IMG/VR virus record: IMGVR_UViG_3300020045_000732
Span: 1-43,842 of that record
Strand: one strand, 5' to 3'
DNA length: 43,842 nucleotides
Source: a virus
Taxonomy: Duplodnaviria; Caudoviricetes
Shown here: positions 9,423-20,200 of the stretch, piece by piece
Numbering within the stretch: position 1 is the stretch's first letter
How the letters are laid out: each line of letters opens with the position of its first letter
Position numbers and translations under genes: made by a program
Notes under the pieces: model-generated
What the model saw: the letters and a program-made list of their open reading frames with translations, nothing else
Database searches by the model: none
What the model was told of the DNA's origin: nothing

Positions 9423-9911
9423 ATGGACACACAAGATTTACAACTGATGACTGATACCCTAGAGAAGGGTGCCCGTATGTACAAGATGTTTACTGATGGC
9501 GTTGAGCTGGCAGCTAAGCTTCGTAACCTAGCGCAGGTAGAGAAAGATCTACTTGCAGCTGTAGACGTAGCGCGTGTCAAAGAAGTAGAAGCTAAAGGTA
9601 TGCTCGCCTTGGTAGCTGATGAACACCAAGAAGCTAAAGATAAAGCAGCCGCTGTACTCAGTGATGCTAAAGCTAAAGCTGTTTCTATTGTTCAAGCTGC
9701 TGAAGTTAAGTCAGTTAAGATTATCGCTAAGCAAGATGCTGAGATCCGTGCTATGGAAGACGTGATTGCTGACACAGCTTCTAAGGTACAGGCCGGTGAG
9801 GTAGCTCTTAAGAATCTGGACCTGGCTGTAGAAGCTAAGCGTAAAGAACTTGAGACTTTGGAACTAGAGATCGAAGCAACAAGAGTTAAGTTTAAACAGC
9901 TCTTAGGTTAA
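9423..9911 (+). CDS. Ala/Lys/Glu-rich coiled-coil protein
   Basis: ATG 9423 follows the previous stop and GAGGGG. All-helical composition. Confidence 0.65.
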   Translation: MDTQDLQLMTDTLEKGARMYKMFTDGVELAAKLRNLAQVEKDLLAAVDVARVKEVEAKGMLALVADEHQEAKDKAAAVLSDAKAKAVSIVQAAEVKSVKIIAKQDAEIRAMEDVIADTASKVQAGEVALKNLDLAVEAKRKELETLELEIEATRVKFKQLLG

Positions 9912-9915
9912 TTAA

Positions 9916-11037
9916 ATGGCTTATACACAAGTACCACCTAATAGTTCTGGCAACAAGATTGACACAGTAAAGATCGCTGAGGGCGAAGATACTGTACATC
10001 GTCAGGTTGTTCAACTAGGTGATAAGACGTTTCCAGTTGATTCTATTGCCGCGTCAAATCGTAGTACATTGCAAGTTGCTGTAATTCTGGCTGCTGGTAC
10101 TGGTTACGCCGTTGATGATGTAATCACTCTGGCGGGTGGTACGTTTGCGACTGCTGCACAATTGCGAGTCAAGGCTGTTCTATCTGGTGCGATTACTGCT
10201 GTTGAGGTAGTAACCATCGGTAAGTATAGTGTTACATCTGGAACTCTTACACAGGGGTCTACAACGGGTAGCGGCACAGGGGCTACGTTTACCTGTACAT
10301 TCGCCTCAGATATTCTAGCAATGTTCTCAATGGAGAATTACGCGTCTGCTGTTGTTCACTTCTCCGCTCACTCCGGTGGTACAGTTGACGTACAAGGTTC
10401 TGGTGATGGTGGCGTAACATGGACACGGTTCAAATACTTCTTTACGAACTTCGGTTCATGGAGTGAGCAGGTTGGTACTACGGGTAGCGTGTCCACATCA
10501 AGTGTTGTTGCGTTGGCGTTTACTATGCCGCTTGTTAGAGTACACTCTACTGGTAACTCGACAGCAACTGTAACAGTCAGAGCCACGCCATTTGCATCGC
10601 CGCTAATCAACCAAGGCGGTAACTCAGGTACTAACCAAGTGTGGTACACTAAAAACATTGTGTCTGCCTTTGGCTCTGCTGGTCACAATAGCTCCGGCGG
10701 TAAAGCTAGAGTTATCTCTCTGGCGACTACTAACGCTACTATGATGAGTTCATTCTTAAACAACATTTACTACGCGCACTTGGTAAACACCGGTACAACA
10801 TGGGCTTATCTTAAGTTGTACAGCAAGGGCTCTACTCCTACTGTTGGTACAGATACCCCTGTTGCAGTGCATGGCATTCCACCAGGCGGTTACTTTATAC
10901 TAAGTGCAGCTACATCTGGCCTTTCTACTTACGGTTCTACTGGTGGTATGGGTTACGGCATTACTGGATTACCTGCCGACCTTGATACTACAGCAGTTAC
11001 TGCTGGTCAAGTAGTCGGTACAATCTATTACAACTAA
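9916..11037 (+). CDS. Tail fibre/spike-like protein
   Basis: G/T/S/A-rich, with GTGYAVDDVITL and GSGTGATF beta-repeat motifs. Confidence 0.65.
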   Translation: MAYTQVPPNSSGNKIDTVKIAEGEDTVHRQVVQLGDKTFPVDSIAASNRSTLQVAVILAAGTGYAVDDVITLAGGTFATAAQLRVKAVLSGAITAVEVVTIGKYSVTSGTLTQGSTTGSGTGATFTCTFASDILAMFSMENYASAVVHFSAHSGGTVDVQGSGDGGVTWTRFKYFFTNFGSWSEQVGTTGSVSTSSVVALAFTMPLVRVHSTGNSTATVTVRATPFASPLINQGGNSGTNQVWYTKNIVSAFGSAGHNSSGGKARVISLATTNATMMSSFLNNIYYAHLVNTGTTWAYLKLYSKGSTPTVGTDTPVAVHGIPPGGYFILSAATSGLSTYGSTGGMGYGITGLPADLDTTAVTAGQVVGTIYYN

Positions 11038-11048
11038 GGAGAACAAGA

Positions 11049-11237
11049 ATGATCTATAGCATTGTGAAGTCTGACACTAAGACCGGGATGTACACACCTA
11101 CTGGCCTGTCTTACGCCTTAAAGCGAGACACACTAGGTAACATTATAGAGACTGGTGATGATGCACTGGCTTTTGCTAAACAACTTGAGGTCTTCTTCGA
11201 CGACGGTTATGTATACGAAGTAAATTTAGTAGGTTAA
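11049..11237 (+). CDS. Small hypothetical protein (possible fibre chaperone)
   Basis: AAGGAG RBS, sits between two fibre-like genes. Confidence 0.6.
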   Translation: MIYSIVKSDTKTGMYTPTGLSYALKRDTLGNIIETGDDALAFAKQLEVFFDDGYVYEVNLVG

Positions 11238-11238
11238 T

Positions 11239-12594
11239 ATGGCAGATTTTTTACCGACACAAGAGGGTACGCAACTCGAAATTAAAACAGCTATCGAGAC
11301 TGTTGCTGGTACTATCTACAACCACAACGCACCCTTTACCGATGGCTTGTCTGGCCAGCTTATACTCGGAAAAAGGCGTGACAGTGACAGTACGGCAGTA
11401 GCTGATGGCGACCTAAACACATTTAATATGGATGAGGAAGGGCGTTTAAAAGTTGCATCAAAGCCAGCTTCTTATCCCGATATTACTGGGGGCATTACAA
11501 CAATTCAGGCAACCATCGGGACTCCTGTTGCTGGTGGTACTGTATCGGGGGATGTGTCAAGAGCGTCAAACGTTATGGCATTCTGTACTGGCACGTTTTC
11601 AGCAATAAACTGTACCTTTGAAGGTTCTATTGAACCAACAGGGGACACTAACTGGTTTGGTATCCAGGCTGTTCGTTCAAACGCAAACACGATTGAAACA
11701 GCCACAGGTAGCTTATCAGCACAACCTGTATACGGTTGGGAGATGTCTGTAAATGCTTTGAAGCGCGTCCGTGTTAGAGCAACTGCTAGAACTTCGGGCA
11801 CTCAATCATGGAGATTTGTTCAAGGCACATACGCAACTGAACCAATACCCGCTGCTCAAGTAAGTGCTACTCAGCCTGTATCTGGCTCTGTTACTATTGC
11901 GGCTTCAACTGCAAACATCGGATACGTGGGATTGCAACAGCCATTATTGGTTGCTGATGTTGCTAGTGCGGCTATTACAACTACGACTACAACGGCAACA
12001 TTAACCCCAACCTTTGGAGCAACGTATGTTGTTCAGATCCCTGTAACTGCTGTCACTGGAACAAACCCTACGCTAGATGTAGTGATACAGGAATCAGATG
12101 ACAGCGGTACAAACTGGTATGATGTCTACCACTTTCCAAGAATCACTGCGACTGGGGCTTACAGGTCTTTCCCGCTAACTTTACGTGGCAACCGTGTCCG
12201 CTATGTCCAGACGTTAACAGGTACGACACCCTCATTCACACGCGCAATTAACCGTTTACAACGCTCTGATGATGCCCCTTTGCGCGCACAGTTTATTGAC
12301 AGAACAATTGTTCTTAATACACTAAACAGCACAACGCCTACATTCTTTGTTGATGGTTGTAATGATTTCAATCTGAAAGTTCGTACAGTTTCACAGGTAG
12401 CACCTGCAACTATATCGATGCAGTTTTCATCTGACGGAACAAACTGGTTTACAGATACGACCACGGTGGCAACGGTGGCAGGTATAGCATTTGCTACATA
12501 CACGAATGCGCAATGGAAGTTTGCAAGGGCTATTGTCTCAACTGCTGGGACAACCGCAGTTCTTGGTGAGCTAACTTTAACAGGAATTTCATAA
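11239..12594 (+). CDS. Tail appendage protein with three beta-sandwich repeats
   Basis: Recurring FEGS..GDTNW / QESDDSGTNW / QFSSDGTNW, each followed by an R-x-R/FAR strand. Confidence 0.65.
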   Translation: MADFLPTQEGTQLEIKTAIETVAGTIYNHNAPFTDGLSGQLILGKRRDSDSTAVADGDLNTFNMDEEGRLKVASKPASYPDITGGITTIQATIGTPVAGGTVSGDVSRASNVMAFCTGTFSAINCTFEGSIEPTGDTNWFGIQAVRSNANTIETATGSLSAQPVYGWEMSVNALKRVRVRATARTSGTQSWRFVQGTYATEPIPAAQVSATQPVSGSVTIAASTANIGYVGLQQPLLVADVASAAITTTTTTATLTPTFGATYVVQIPVTAVTGTNPTLDVVIQESDDSGTNWYDVYHFPRITATGAYRSFPLTLRGNRVRYVQTLTGTTPSFTRAINRLQRSDDAPLRAQFIDRTIVLNTLNSTTPTFFVDGCNDFNLKVRTVSQVAPATISMQFSSDGTNWFTDTTTVATVAGIAFATYTNAQWKFARAIVSTAGTTAVLGELTLTGIS

Positions 12595-12707
12595 TGAAAA
12601 CTGGTGAATGCTTTTTCCGAGATGACGATGGCAGACTGTGGCTTGCTGAATCTTTTATAGATATAGATGGCGTAGTCACTACAGTTAATACTTTAATGGT
12701 GGATTAA
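12594..12707 (+). CDS. 37 aa micro-ORF (MKTGECFFRDDDGRLWLAES...)
   Basis: TAATG-coupled at both ends, AGGA RBS. Below the ORF-track cut-off. Confidence 0.6.
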   Translation: MKTGECFFRDDDGRLWLAESFIDIDGVVTTVNTLMVD

Positions 12708-12811
12708 TGCTTCTTGCTCTTTGGTCAGGTTTTTGGGATACAAGTGATTGGGATGGCTCGGGTACCAGTGGTCAAGGTATTGTTGTTATCTTACGTAGAC
12801 GTAGGTTGTAA
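12707..12811 (+). CDS. 34 aa micro-ORF (MLLALWSGFW...ILRRRRL)
   Basis: TAATG-coupled at both ends, GGTGG RBS. Confidence 0.6.
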   Translation: MLLALWSGFWDTSDWDGSGTSGQGIVVILRRRRL

Positions 12812-13191
12812 TGAAAGTTATACTGGATAGATTTAAAGAGACCAGAGACGGTACATTCGGTAGACTTATACTGGATGGTAAAGTCCTGTGCGTCACGTTA
12901 GAAGAGCCTTGGCTTGGTAACAAGTCTAAGATCAGCTGCATTCCAGCAGGAACTTATACTGCTAACAAGTACAGTGGGACTAAGTTTAAAGACGTATGGC
13001 ACGTAGAAGAAGTGCCTGGCCGTTCCTTTATCCTAATCCATGCTGGCAACACTATCGAAGATACTGAAGGCTGTATACTAGTTGGTACTAGACATAACAG
13101 CGTAGGTGTGGTAGAATCAAAGAAAGCATTAGACTACTTGAGAACCGTTCTCAGTAAGTCCTTTACCTTGGAGGTAACAAGTCTTGGCTAA
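12811..13191 (+). CDS. DUF5675-like protein, putative L,D-peptidase-type cell wall enzyme
   Basis: Motifs TLEEPW, SCIPAGTY, ILIHAGN..DTEGCILVG (His/Cys pair). Confidence 0.75.
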   Translation: MKVILDRFKETRDGTFGRLILDGKVLCVTLEEPWLGNKSKISCIPAGTYTANKYSGTKFKDVWHVEEVPGRSFILIHAGNTIEDTEGCILVGTRHNSVGVVESKKALDYLRTVLSKSFTLEVTSLG

Positions 13192-13933
13192 ATATACATT
13201 GCTTCAAGTAGTTCAAAAGGTTATGGGCTCCACTGACTCAGACGAAGTTACGTCTATCGGGGATACTGTAGAGTCCATGCAAGTAGCTGACATCTGTGAG
13301 GATGTGTACTACAACTTAGTAACCAACAACGATATCCCTGAGCACGTAGGCCTTCTTCAACTGGAGGCTCTTGCTGATATCAACTTCCCTAACTACCTTA
13401 AGCTCCCAGCTAGAGTAAGCCGCATTAACACAGTGCGTTACAATATGTCTGAGACTGATACTGTTGAGTACCGTGATGTAGTATGGGTACCGCCCGAGTG
13501 CTTCATTGAACGTATGGTATCTTATGACGGTACTGAAGGTAACATAGACACAGTGGTTGATCCGTCCGGTGTAAAGATACTTTGTCGTAACGATAAGATG
13601 CCTGACATCTGGACTTCATTTGATGATGAGTACATGATCTTTGACTCCTATACGGTATCGGTAGAGTCAACGCTTCAAACATCTAAAGCTCTTGTTATTG
13701 CTAGACAATTACCTACCTTCAGTAAAGAAGATGACTTCATCCCAGACATGGATGATAATATGTTCCCCTTGTATATCAACGAATGTAAGTCGTGGGCCTA
13801 TGCCGAACTCAAACAAACCAGCCACCCCAAAGCGGAACAACAAGCGCGTCGCCAAAGGGTCTTCTACCAAGCCAATAGACATCGCGTCGATACGCCAACG
13901 GATCGCGGTACAAACTTTGGACGGAGGCGCTGA
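13184..13933 (+). CDS. Tail tubular protein A / head-tail adaptor
   Basis: 249 aa, N-terminal TLLQVVQKVM..DSDEVTSIGDTVES, upstream of the nozzle gene. Confidence 0.7.
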   Translation: MAKYTLLQVVQKVMGSTDSDEVTSIGDTVESMQVADICEDVYYNLVTNNDIPEHVGLLQLEALADINFPNYLKLPARVSRINTVRYNMSETDTVEYRDVVWVPPECFIERMVSYDGTEGNIDTVVDPSGVKILCRNDKMPDIWTSFDDEYMIFDSYTVSVESTLQTSKALVIARQLPTFSKEDDFIPDMDDNMFPLYINECKSWAYAELKQTSHPKAEQQARRQRVFYQANRHRVDTPTDRGTNFGRRR

Positions 13934-14237
13934 TCACAATCCACCTGATCCTCATCACTACTATGTGAGAGAGAATAGGTTGGGTATGTGGGAGTGTGCT
14001 GCTCCAATAGGTGGAGTACCTAAAGCTTTAGACGGAATGTTTACTACTTTAACCCACGCCTTGGATCAAGTCACTAGATACTACACACCTAAAATAGAGC
14101 ACCCCTTCCATAAAGACGGAAGACCTAAGTTCAAACCACGCTGCCCACAAGGTCGCAAGTCCAACTCCAAGGTTGGTCCATACAGGAATCACAAATGGCT
14201 CAAGCGAAACAAGTCGCCCAGTTCAACACCTTCGTAG
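13917..14237 (+). CDS. Hypothetical protein
   Basis: Fills the gap between the tail tube genes. Start uncertain (TTG 13917 chosen; the ORF track opens at 13692). Confidence 0.5.
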   Translation: MDGGADHNPPDPHHYYVRENRLGMWECAAPIGGVPKALDGMFTTLTHALDQVTRYYTPKIEHPFHKDGRPKFKPRCPQGRKSNSKVGPYRNHKWLKRNKSPSSTPS

Positions 14238-16447
14238 CAGGGCTTATCACTGAGGCTACTGAGCTCACCTTCCCACCTAACGCCTCACTTGACGAGGATA
14301 ACTGCGTCCTTTACCCACAAGGTAACAGACGTAGACGGCTCGGTGCTGACTTTGAATCTGGCTATGTCTTATCAAGTGCCGCTGTCACTAACACGGAACT
14401 CAATACCTTTGCTGTCTACACTGCTTCTTGGAAGGCAGTAGGTAACCAAGGTAACATGAACTTCCTGTGTGTGCAACTTGGTAACATGCTTTACTTCTAC
14501 GATGAAGCAGTAGCACCTTTATCAACAGGCGTCAAGTCTTTTACTGTAGACCTTGACGACTACATTGCCTCCAGTGCCTCGTCTACTTCTGAAGACAGGA
14601 TCAGTACTACTACTGCACGTGGTGCTCTTTATGTCGTAAGCCCTTCAATTGACCCTATCTTTATTAGATACACTGAGGGTACTGACTCTATTGCTGTTAC
14701 TGAAGTTACGATTAGAGTAAGAGACGTGGAGGGTGTTGACGATGGTTTGGCTGTTGACAATGAACCTGCTACCTTAAGCACTGAACACCAGTACAACTTA
14801 TACAACCAAGGCTGGTTCCTTACCCCTTCAGCCTACGACCCAGTAACAGTATACTTCACTGCTGCCGCTAAGTACCCAGCTAACAACGTACAATGGCAAG
14901 CAGCTAAGAGCGCTACTGATGGCTCCCTTAACGTAGCTCTTCTACGCCGCACAGTATTAGGAACTACTCAAGCTCCTCGTGGGCACTATATTCTTGATGC
15001 CTTCTCAAAGGATCGTAACACTGCAAGTGGCCTTACAGGTATCCCTACAGTAAGTACTCTTACTAGACCTGCTGCTGTGGCTTCATACGCAGGGCGTGTG
15101 GCTTACGGTGCTTTGGGCTCAGTTTATATCTCTGAAGTACTTGACGACCGGTTGGCTAACTCTGGTAAATGCTACCAAGATGCTGACCCTACATCAGAAG
15201 ACATCTCAGATCTTATCGACACAGACGGTATGGTCATTCCAATCCCTGAAGCTGGTACTATCCTTGCGCTTGTACCGATTGGCGCAGGGTTAATCGTGCT
15301 TGCTAACAACGGTGTCTGGACTATCAGCGGTACTGACGGCGGCTTTAAGGCTACTGACTTCTCAGTACGCAAACTCACATCTGCTGGTATCATTAGCCGT
15401 ACTACATGGGTAGTTGTTGAGGGCACTGTCTATTGGTGGTCTGAGAACGGTATCTTCCGTGTTGATATCGATGGTGTAAGCGGTAATGCTATCCCTGTTA
15501 ACATCACAGATACAACTATCAAGACATTCTACAACGCCATTCCTCAAGCTGATAAGAGTTCATCTATCGGTTACTACGATACTGCAACTAAGGTAATCAG
15601 CTGGCTCTACAAAGATACGACAACTGCTGATGGGGATAACACCTCTAAGTATTACTACAACCGTGTGCTTAACTTCAACACTACCATTGGTGCGTTCTAT
15701 ACTTGGTCGGTATCCTCTTCCTTTGGCTCTAGCCCTTACTTGTGTGGTGCGTTTAGCTCTACAAGTTCAACTACACTGGGCGAGTTCAGCAACGTCATTG
15801 TAACTAACCTTGATAACGTCATAACAACTGATGGCAGTGAAGTAGTGGCTGGCGCTAGTGTATCTATTGGCTCTACCTCTGCCGTGAACTTTACTAAGTT
15901 CGTTTGTATCGTACCAGATCAGGCCTTAGCAGAGTCTAATAACCTAACATTCTGTCTGTTCAGTAATAAGTCCTTTACAGATTGGGAAACATATGATACT
16001 ATAGTAAGTGGGGGAGGAGGTTTAGACTACGACTCTTTCCTTATTACAGGGTACGATCTTCAAGGTGACGTTGTTCGCCAGAAGCAAGCACCTTATATTA
16101 TTACCCACTGCAAGCGTACTGAGACACAATATGTCCCACAGCCTGACGGTTCTTTTGAGTTAGACTTCCCTTCAGCCCTTTACTTACAGGCTAGATGGGA
16201 CTGGTCAGACCATGGTAACCGTGGCAAGTGGTCATCCACACAACAGGTGTACAGATCTAGGTCTACGTACAACCCAACACCGGAGTTAACAGCCCTTGAA
16301 TACAACCCAGGTAACATCCTCGCAACTGCCAAGTCCCGTATCAGAGGGCGTGGTAGGTCACTCCAACTCAAGTTCTCAAGTGAGTCTGGAAAAGACTTCA
16401 ACCTACTTGGATGGGGAATTATCTATACAGGAAATTCAGAAGTATAA
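14195..16447 (+). CDS. Tail tubular protein B / nozzle
   Basis: 750 aa, beta-propeller-like composition, N-terminal F..GL.TE and RRRLG, C-terminal RGRGRSLQLKF..DFNLLGW. Confidence 0.8.
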   Translation: MAQAKQVAQFNTFVAGLITEATELTFPPNASLDEDNCVLYPQGNRRRRLGADFESGYVLSSAAVTNTELNTFAVYTASWKAVGNQGNMNFLCVQLGNMLYFYDEAVAPLSTGVKSFTVDLDDYIASSASSTSEDRISTTTARGALYVVSPSIDPIFIRYTEGTDSIAVTEVTIRVRDVEGVDDGLAVDNEPATLSTEHQYNLYNQGWFLTPSAYDPVTVYFTAAAKYPANNVQWQAAKSATDGSLNVALLRRTVLGTTQAPRGHYILDAFSKDRNTASGLTGIPTVSTLTRPAAVASYAGRVAYGALGSVYISEVLDDRLANSGKCYQDADPTSEDISDLIDTDGMVIPIPEAGTILALVPIGAGLIVLANNGVWTISGTDGGFKATDFSVRKLTSAGIISRTTWVVVEGTVYWWSENGIFRVDIDGVSGNAIPVNITDTTIKTFYNAIPQADKSSSIGYYDTATKVISWLYKDTTTADGDNTSKYYYNRVLNFNTTIGAFYTWSVSSSFGSSPYLCGAFSSTSSTTLGEFSNVIVTNLDNVITTDGSEVVAGASVSIGSTSAVNFTKFVCIVPDQALAESNNLTFCLFSNKSFTDWETYDTIVSGGGGLDYDSFLITGYDLQGDVVRQKQAPYIITHCKRTETQYVPQPDGSFELDFPSALYLQARWDWSDHGNRGKWSSTQQVYRSRSTYNPTPELTALEYNPGNILATAKSRIRGRGRSLQLKFSSESGKDFNLLGWGIIYTGNSEV

Positions 16448-16769
16448 TGAGACCACGCGTGTACCTTTGGCTACGTCTAAAGATGGCTGCTTTCTGTATG
16501 CTGACATTCATGTAATGGGTAAGATCTTCCTTCACTTTGGTTTCAATGAAGGCTTTAAGTTTACACCGTCTACATACAAAAGAATGATCCGAGACTTTGA
16601 CGAGGTATGTGCTTGGTTCAAATCCAAGGGAGTAAGGTACTTGTTTGCTGTTGTACCCGATGAAGAGCGTATACTTAAGTGGGAAGGTATGTTTGGTTTA
16701 GTACCGACACAAGCTATCCACGATAACAAAGGCAACATTAAGTTTGCAATAGTAAGGAAAGAATTGTAA
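16407..16769 (+). CDS. Hypothetical protein, possibly GNAT-fold (position of T7 gp13-like genes)
   Basis: Between nozzle and internal virion genes, ends 1 nt before the next ATG, has a W..MFGL motif. Start uncertain. Confidence 0.5.
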   Translation: MDGELSIQEIQKYNETTRVPLATSKDGCFLYADIHVMGKIFLHFGFNEGFKFTPSTYKRMIRDFDEVCAWFKSKGVRYLFAVVPDEERILKWEGMFGLVPTQAIHDNKGNIKFAIVRKEL

Positions 16770-16770
16770 G

Positions 16771-17283
16771 ATGGGTATTGAAACGGCGCTTTTAATTGGT
16801 AGCTTGGCGGTAAGCGCCTACGGCACAGTTAAGTCTATGAGTGCACAGAAGGACGCAGGTAAAGCTCAGAATAGAGCCCTGCAAGCCCAACAAAAGTCGG
16901 ATCAACTTAAGCAAGCACGAGAACGTCGTGACGCTATGAGAGAGGCGCGTATCCGTAGGGCAGCAGTAACACAGGCAGGTGAGAACCAAGGAGCTGGTGG
17001 TTCCAGTGCTGCTATCGGTGGAGCAGGATCTATTTCATCTCAGCTGTCTTCAAACCTTTCCTTTCTTGACAATCAAGCTATGTATAGTAGGCAGACTAGT
17101 GCAGCTCTTTACCAAGCTAACAAAGCCCAGTCATCTGCTCAGACTTACGGCGCAGTAGCAGGGTTCGGTGCACAGATGTTTAGTTCAGCAGGTGGATTCG
17201 GTACCTTATTCGAAGGTATGAAGAGTACACCCACTACAGTTAACTGGAACGATGGTACCACGAGTGTATTTAGGAATAAATAA
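16771..17283 (+). CDS. Internal virion (ejection) protein, small
   Basis: Hydrophobic G/A N-terminus, then Q/A/R-rich helix, as in gp14-like proteins. Confidence 0.65.
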   Translation: MGIETALLIGSLAVSAYGTVKSMSAQKDAGKAQNRALQAQQKSDQLKQARERRDAMREARIRRAAVTQAGENQGAGGSSAAIGGAGSISSQLSSNLSFLDNQAMYSRQTSAALYQANKAQSSAQTYGAVAGFGAQMFSSAGGFGTLFEGMKSTPTTVNWNDGTTSVFRNK

Positions 17284-20200
17284 TGGCTGATTTAAAAGAA
17301 CAAGTATTACCTAACGTGTTTGACGAGGGTACTGTCGCGCCTAGTGAGGCTTTGTTCAGTGATCCTGAGAACGATGTAGCCTTGTTTGACGCTATGGCTG
17401 CTCCTTCTAAACAACCGTCTGACTCAACACGTACAACGGCAGCACTGGCTGCTCTTGCTGTAGTAGGTCAAGGCCGTGGAACCATTGAAGAGCTTGAGCA
17501 GAAGGTTCAAGAGAACCACGCTTTGATCCTTGATGGCCGTGAGCCTGAGATCAGAGAACGTATTAGCTATGATAAACAACAAAGACAAGCACAAGCCTTT
17601 GATGAGCTGACTGGTGTCTATGGTACATTTGATTATGTAACCGGTACTGATACTAATGCCCTTGAGAAAGAGGGTGTTAACACTTTGTACGACATGGGTA
17701 TGGAAGACCAGACTCAGGCAGACATCTCTGAGTGGACTCCTGAAGTAGGTGACGTCGTACGTGATAGACAGTCTAAGGTTGCTATCCTTCAGAAGCGCAT
17801 CGACGATCTAGAGCAGGTATACTTAGACAGCGGTAATACTGTAGGTTCTATTAATGCTACTGTTGATACGCTGCTTGGTTGGATGCCCTTTATTCAGACA
17901 GCTACCGCTTCTAAGCTAGGTAAGAAGGCTACTGCCTCAATGTTTAACCCTGGCGCAAGCCGCCAAGAGAAGCGCGACTACTTGTTTAACCTGCCTATTG
18001 ATCAGTTCGAGGCTGAGGTAGATGGTTGGGTCGCTAACCTTAATGAGAGTGGTGTTCTTAATAACCCTAAAGTTATGGCAGACATCCTTAAGGAGTCAAT
18101 TGAGGGTATTGACGTAACAAGTGAGAACATTCGTGTTGGTCTTGGTGACGTAGCCGGTGCTGCTGGCTCGTTATTCGAAGCAGGTATGGGTGTAAGAGCT
18201 TTGCTCACTGCTAATAAGAACCCTATTAAATTCATGGCTCCAGTTAATCGTAACTTGGCGTCAACCATTGCTGTACAAACAGCGCAAGGAGCAAGTCCAG
18301 CCTCTGATGTCATTCAGACCTATCATGCTATTGATGTTATGCTACCTTCTCAGGCTCCTACACTGGATAGTTTATCAGTAGGCCTCAGTGGTGACATCCT
18401 TCGTAAGCTGAACAACCAACAACAACTGTCGATGGAAGCCCTAAGCCTTCGCCAGATGGGTGGTCGCTTGTCTGAAGAAGAACTTGCTACTGCTGTAGAG
18501 AAAACATCTAAACAGATTGCTAGCCTGTACAACCCTAATCAGATTATGGATACTAAGGTACTTGGTGTGGATAACCTAACCGGTATGAATACCATGGAAG
18601 TACAGTTTGGTAAAGCTAATGGCACTGGTGGTTGGAGTACAGAGGACGCTGCCTTGAAAGGCGCATCAAGACTAAAACTGCTTGGCGCTAAGCCCTTCCA
18701 AGATAGCTCTGGTCAATGGTTTGTTAAGCAAGTACACAACATTAAAGAAGAAGGTGTAGTATCTGCTTACGATGTAGGTGATATCGGTACCTCATTCCTT
18801 AACCCTGTGCTTACTCCGTCTTCCTTCATCCCTGGTGAGCTTGCCTCAGCCCAGAACGTAGCCGGTGCTCGTCTGCTTAAGCTTAACTCTGTGATTAATA
18901 AAGAGTTGCTTAAACCTCTTGCTGGTTTAGGCGGAGCGTCTAAGAAGAAGCTTAGTACTATGCTTGAGATGTCCCATAAGAATGAAGCTTGGCTTACTCC
19001 TACTCAGTTTGATACTGAATGGGAACGCGTTGCTGGTAAACTTCCTTCTCCTAAAGAGAAGCTTGCTTACTACACTGCTAAGCAACTGAATGACTTTGAT
19101 TGGTTGACTCGTAACCGCAGTATCTATACAACTCGTGCTCGTCAAGGTTATCTTAACGCTGAGATTGGTAAGCTTGGTTTCAAAGGTAACGCTAAACCAT
19201 TGAGTTTATTGGAACAAGTTGAGTCGATTAAGATGTACGACATCACAAGTGGTAAGTACCGTAATGGTATGACTGCTGATGAATGGACTAAGTTACAAGG
19301 CGAAGGTTACCAAGCATTCTACATTGACGAGGGCGCTACTACCTTGCCTAAAGTTGAAGGTGAACACATCAACGTTGTTCTTGGTAAGAAGGGTGAGTTT
19401 AAGACAGGTCCTCTTGCGTGGGAACAGCTTGGTTACGTAGCCGGTGGTCACCGTATCTACCCAACAGGTTCGTTGTTCCTTAAACAGGCACGTATCTACA
19501 CACGCGCTGATGGTTCGGCTTATCAATTAGATCCTATGACACATGGTATTACACTGTCTGCTAAAGATGGTAAGCTGTGGGTCAACGACATGGAAGAGTT
19601 ACGTCAGTTCGTTAAGGCTAACCGTAAAGAGCTTGATGCTAACACTCTTACTGTTGCTCAGCGACAAGAGTTCCAGAAGCTTACAGCCAAGACGCAGATT
19701 GCTGACTACGATCATTGGAAAGCATTGCGTGATGATGGTGCCTTGATGGAAGACACTCCGTTTGAACTGGTTCGTGATGGCGAATTACCTGCTGCTTCGA
19801 CTAAGTCAACTGGCAGCTTCCTTGGTAAAGAGGATGTTGTTATTGATGACTCTACCAAGTTCATGCTTAACCGTAATAAACGGTACACTGGCAAACGGGG
19901 TGACTTGTTACTTGGTCCAGATGAGATGGATGCCAAGGTACTAGATCCATTCGAGGCTATGTCTATGTCTGTGACTAACGCAGTTAAGACAGGCGCTTAC
20001 TACGACTATCGTGTTACACAACAAGACAAATGGTTCGAGACATTCAAGTCTCAGCTAGAGAACAAGACTGCAAGTGACGCGCTGTTCAATCCTAAGTGGA
20101 AGAACTCAACGTCATCAGAGCTTGTTGGTAAGGCCAATGACTTGCGTAACAACATTGTTCGCCAGCTAGGCGTACGTACGTTCGAGTCTAAAGCACAGGA

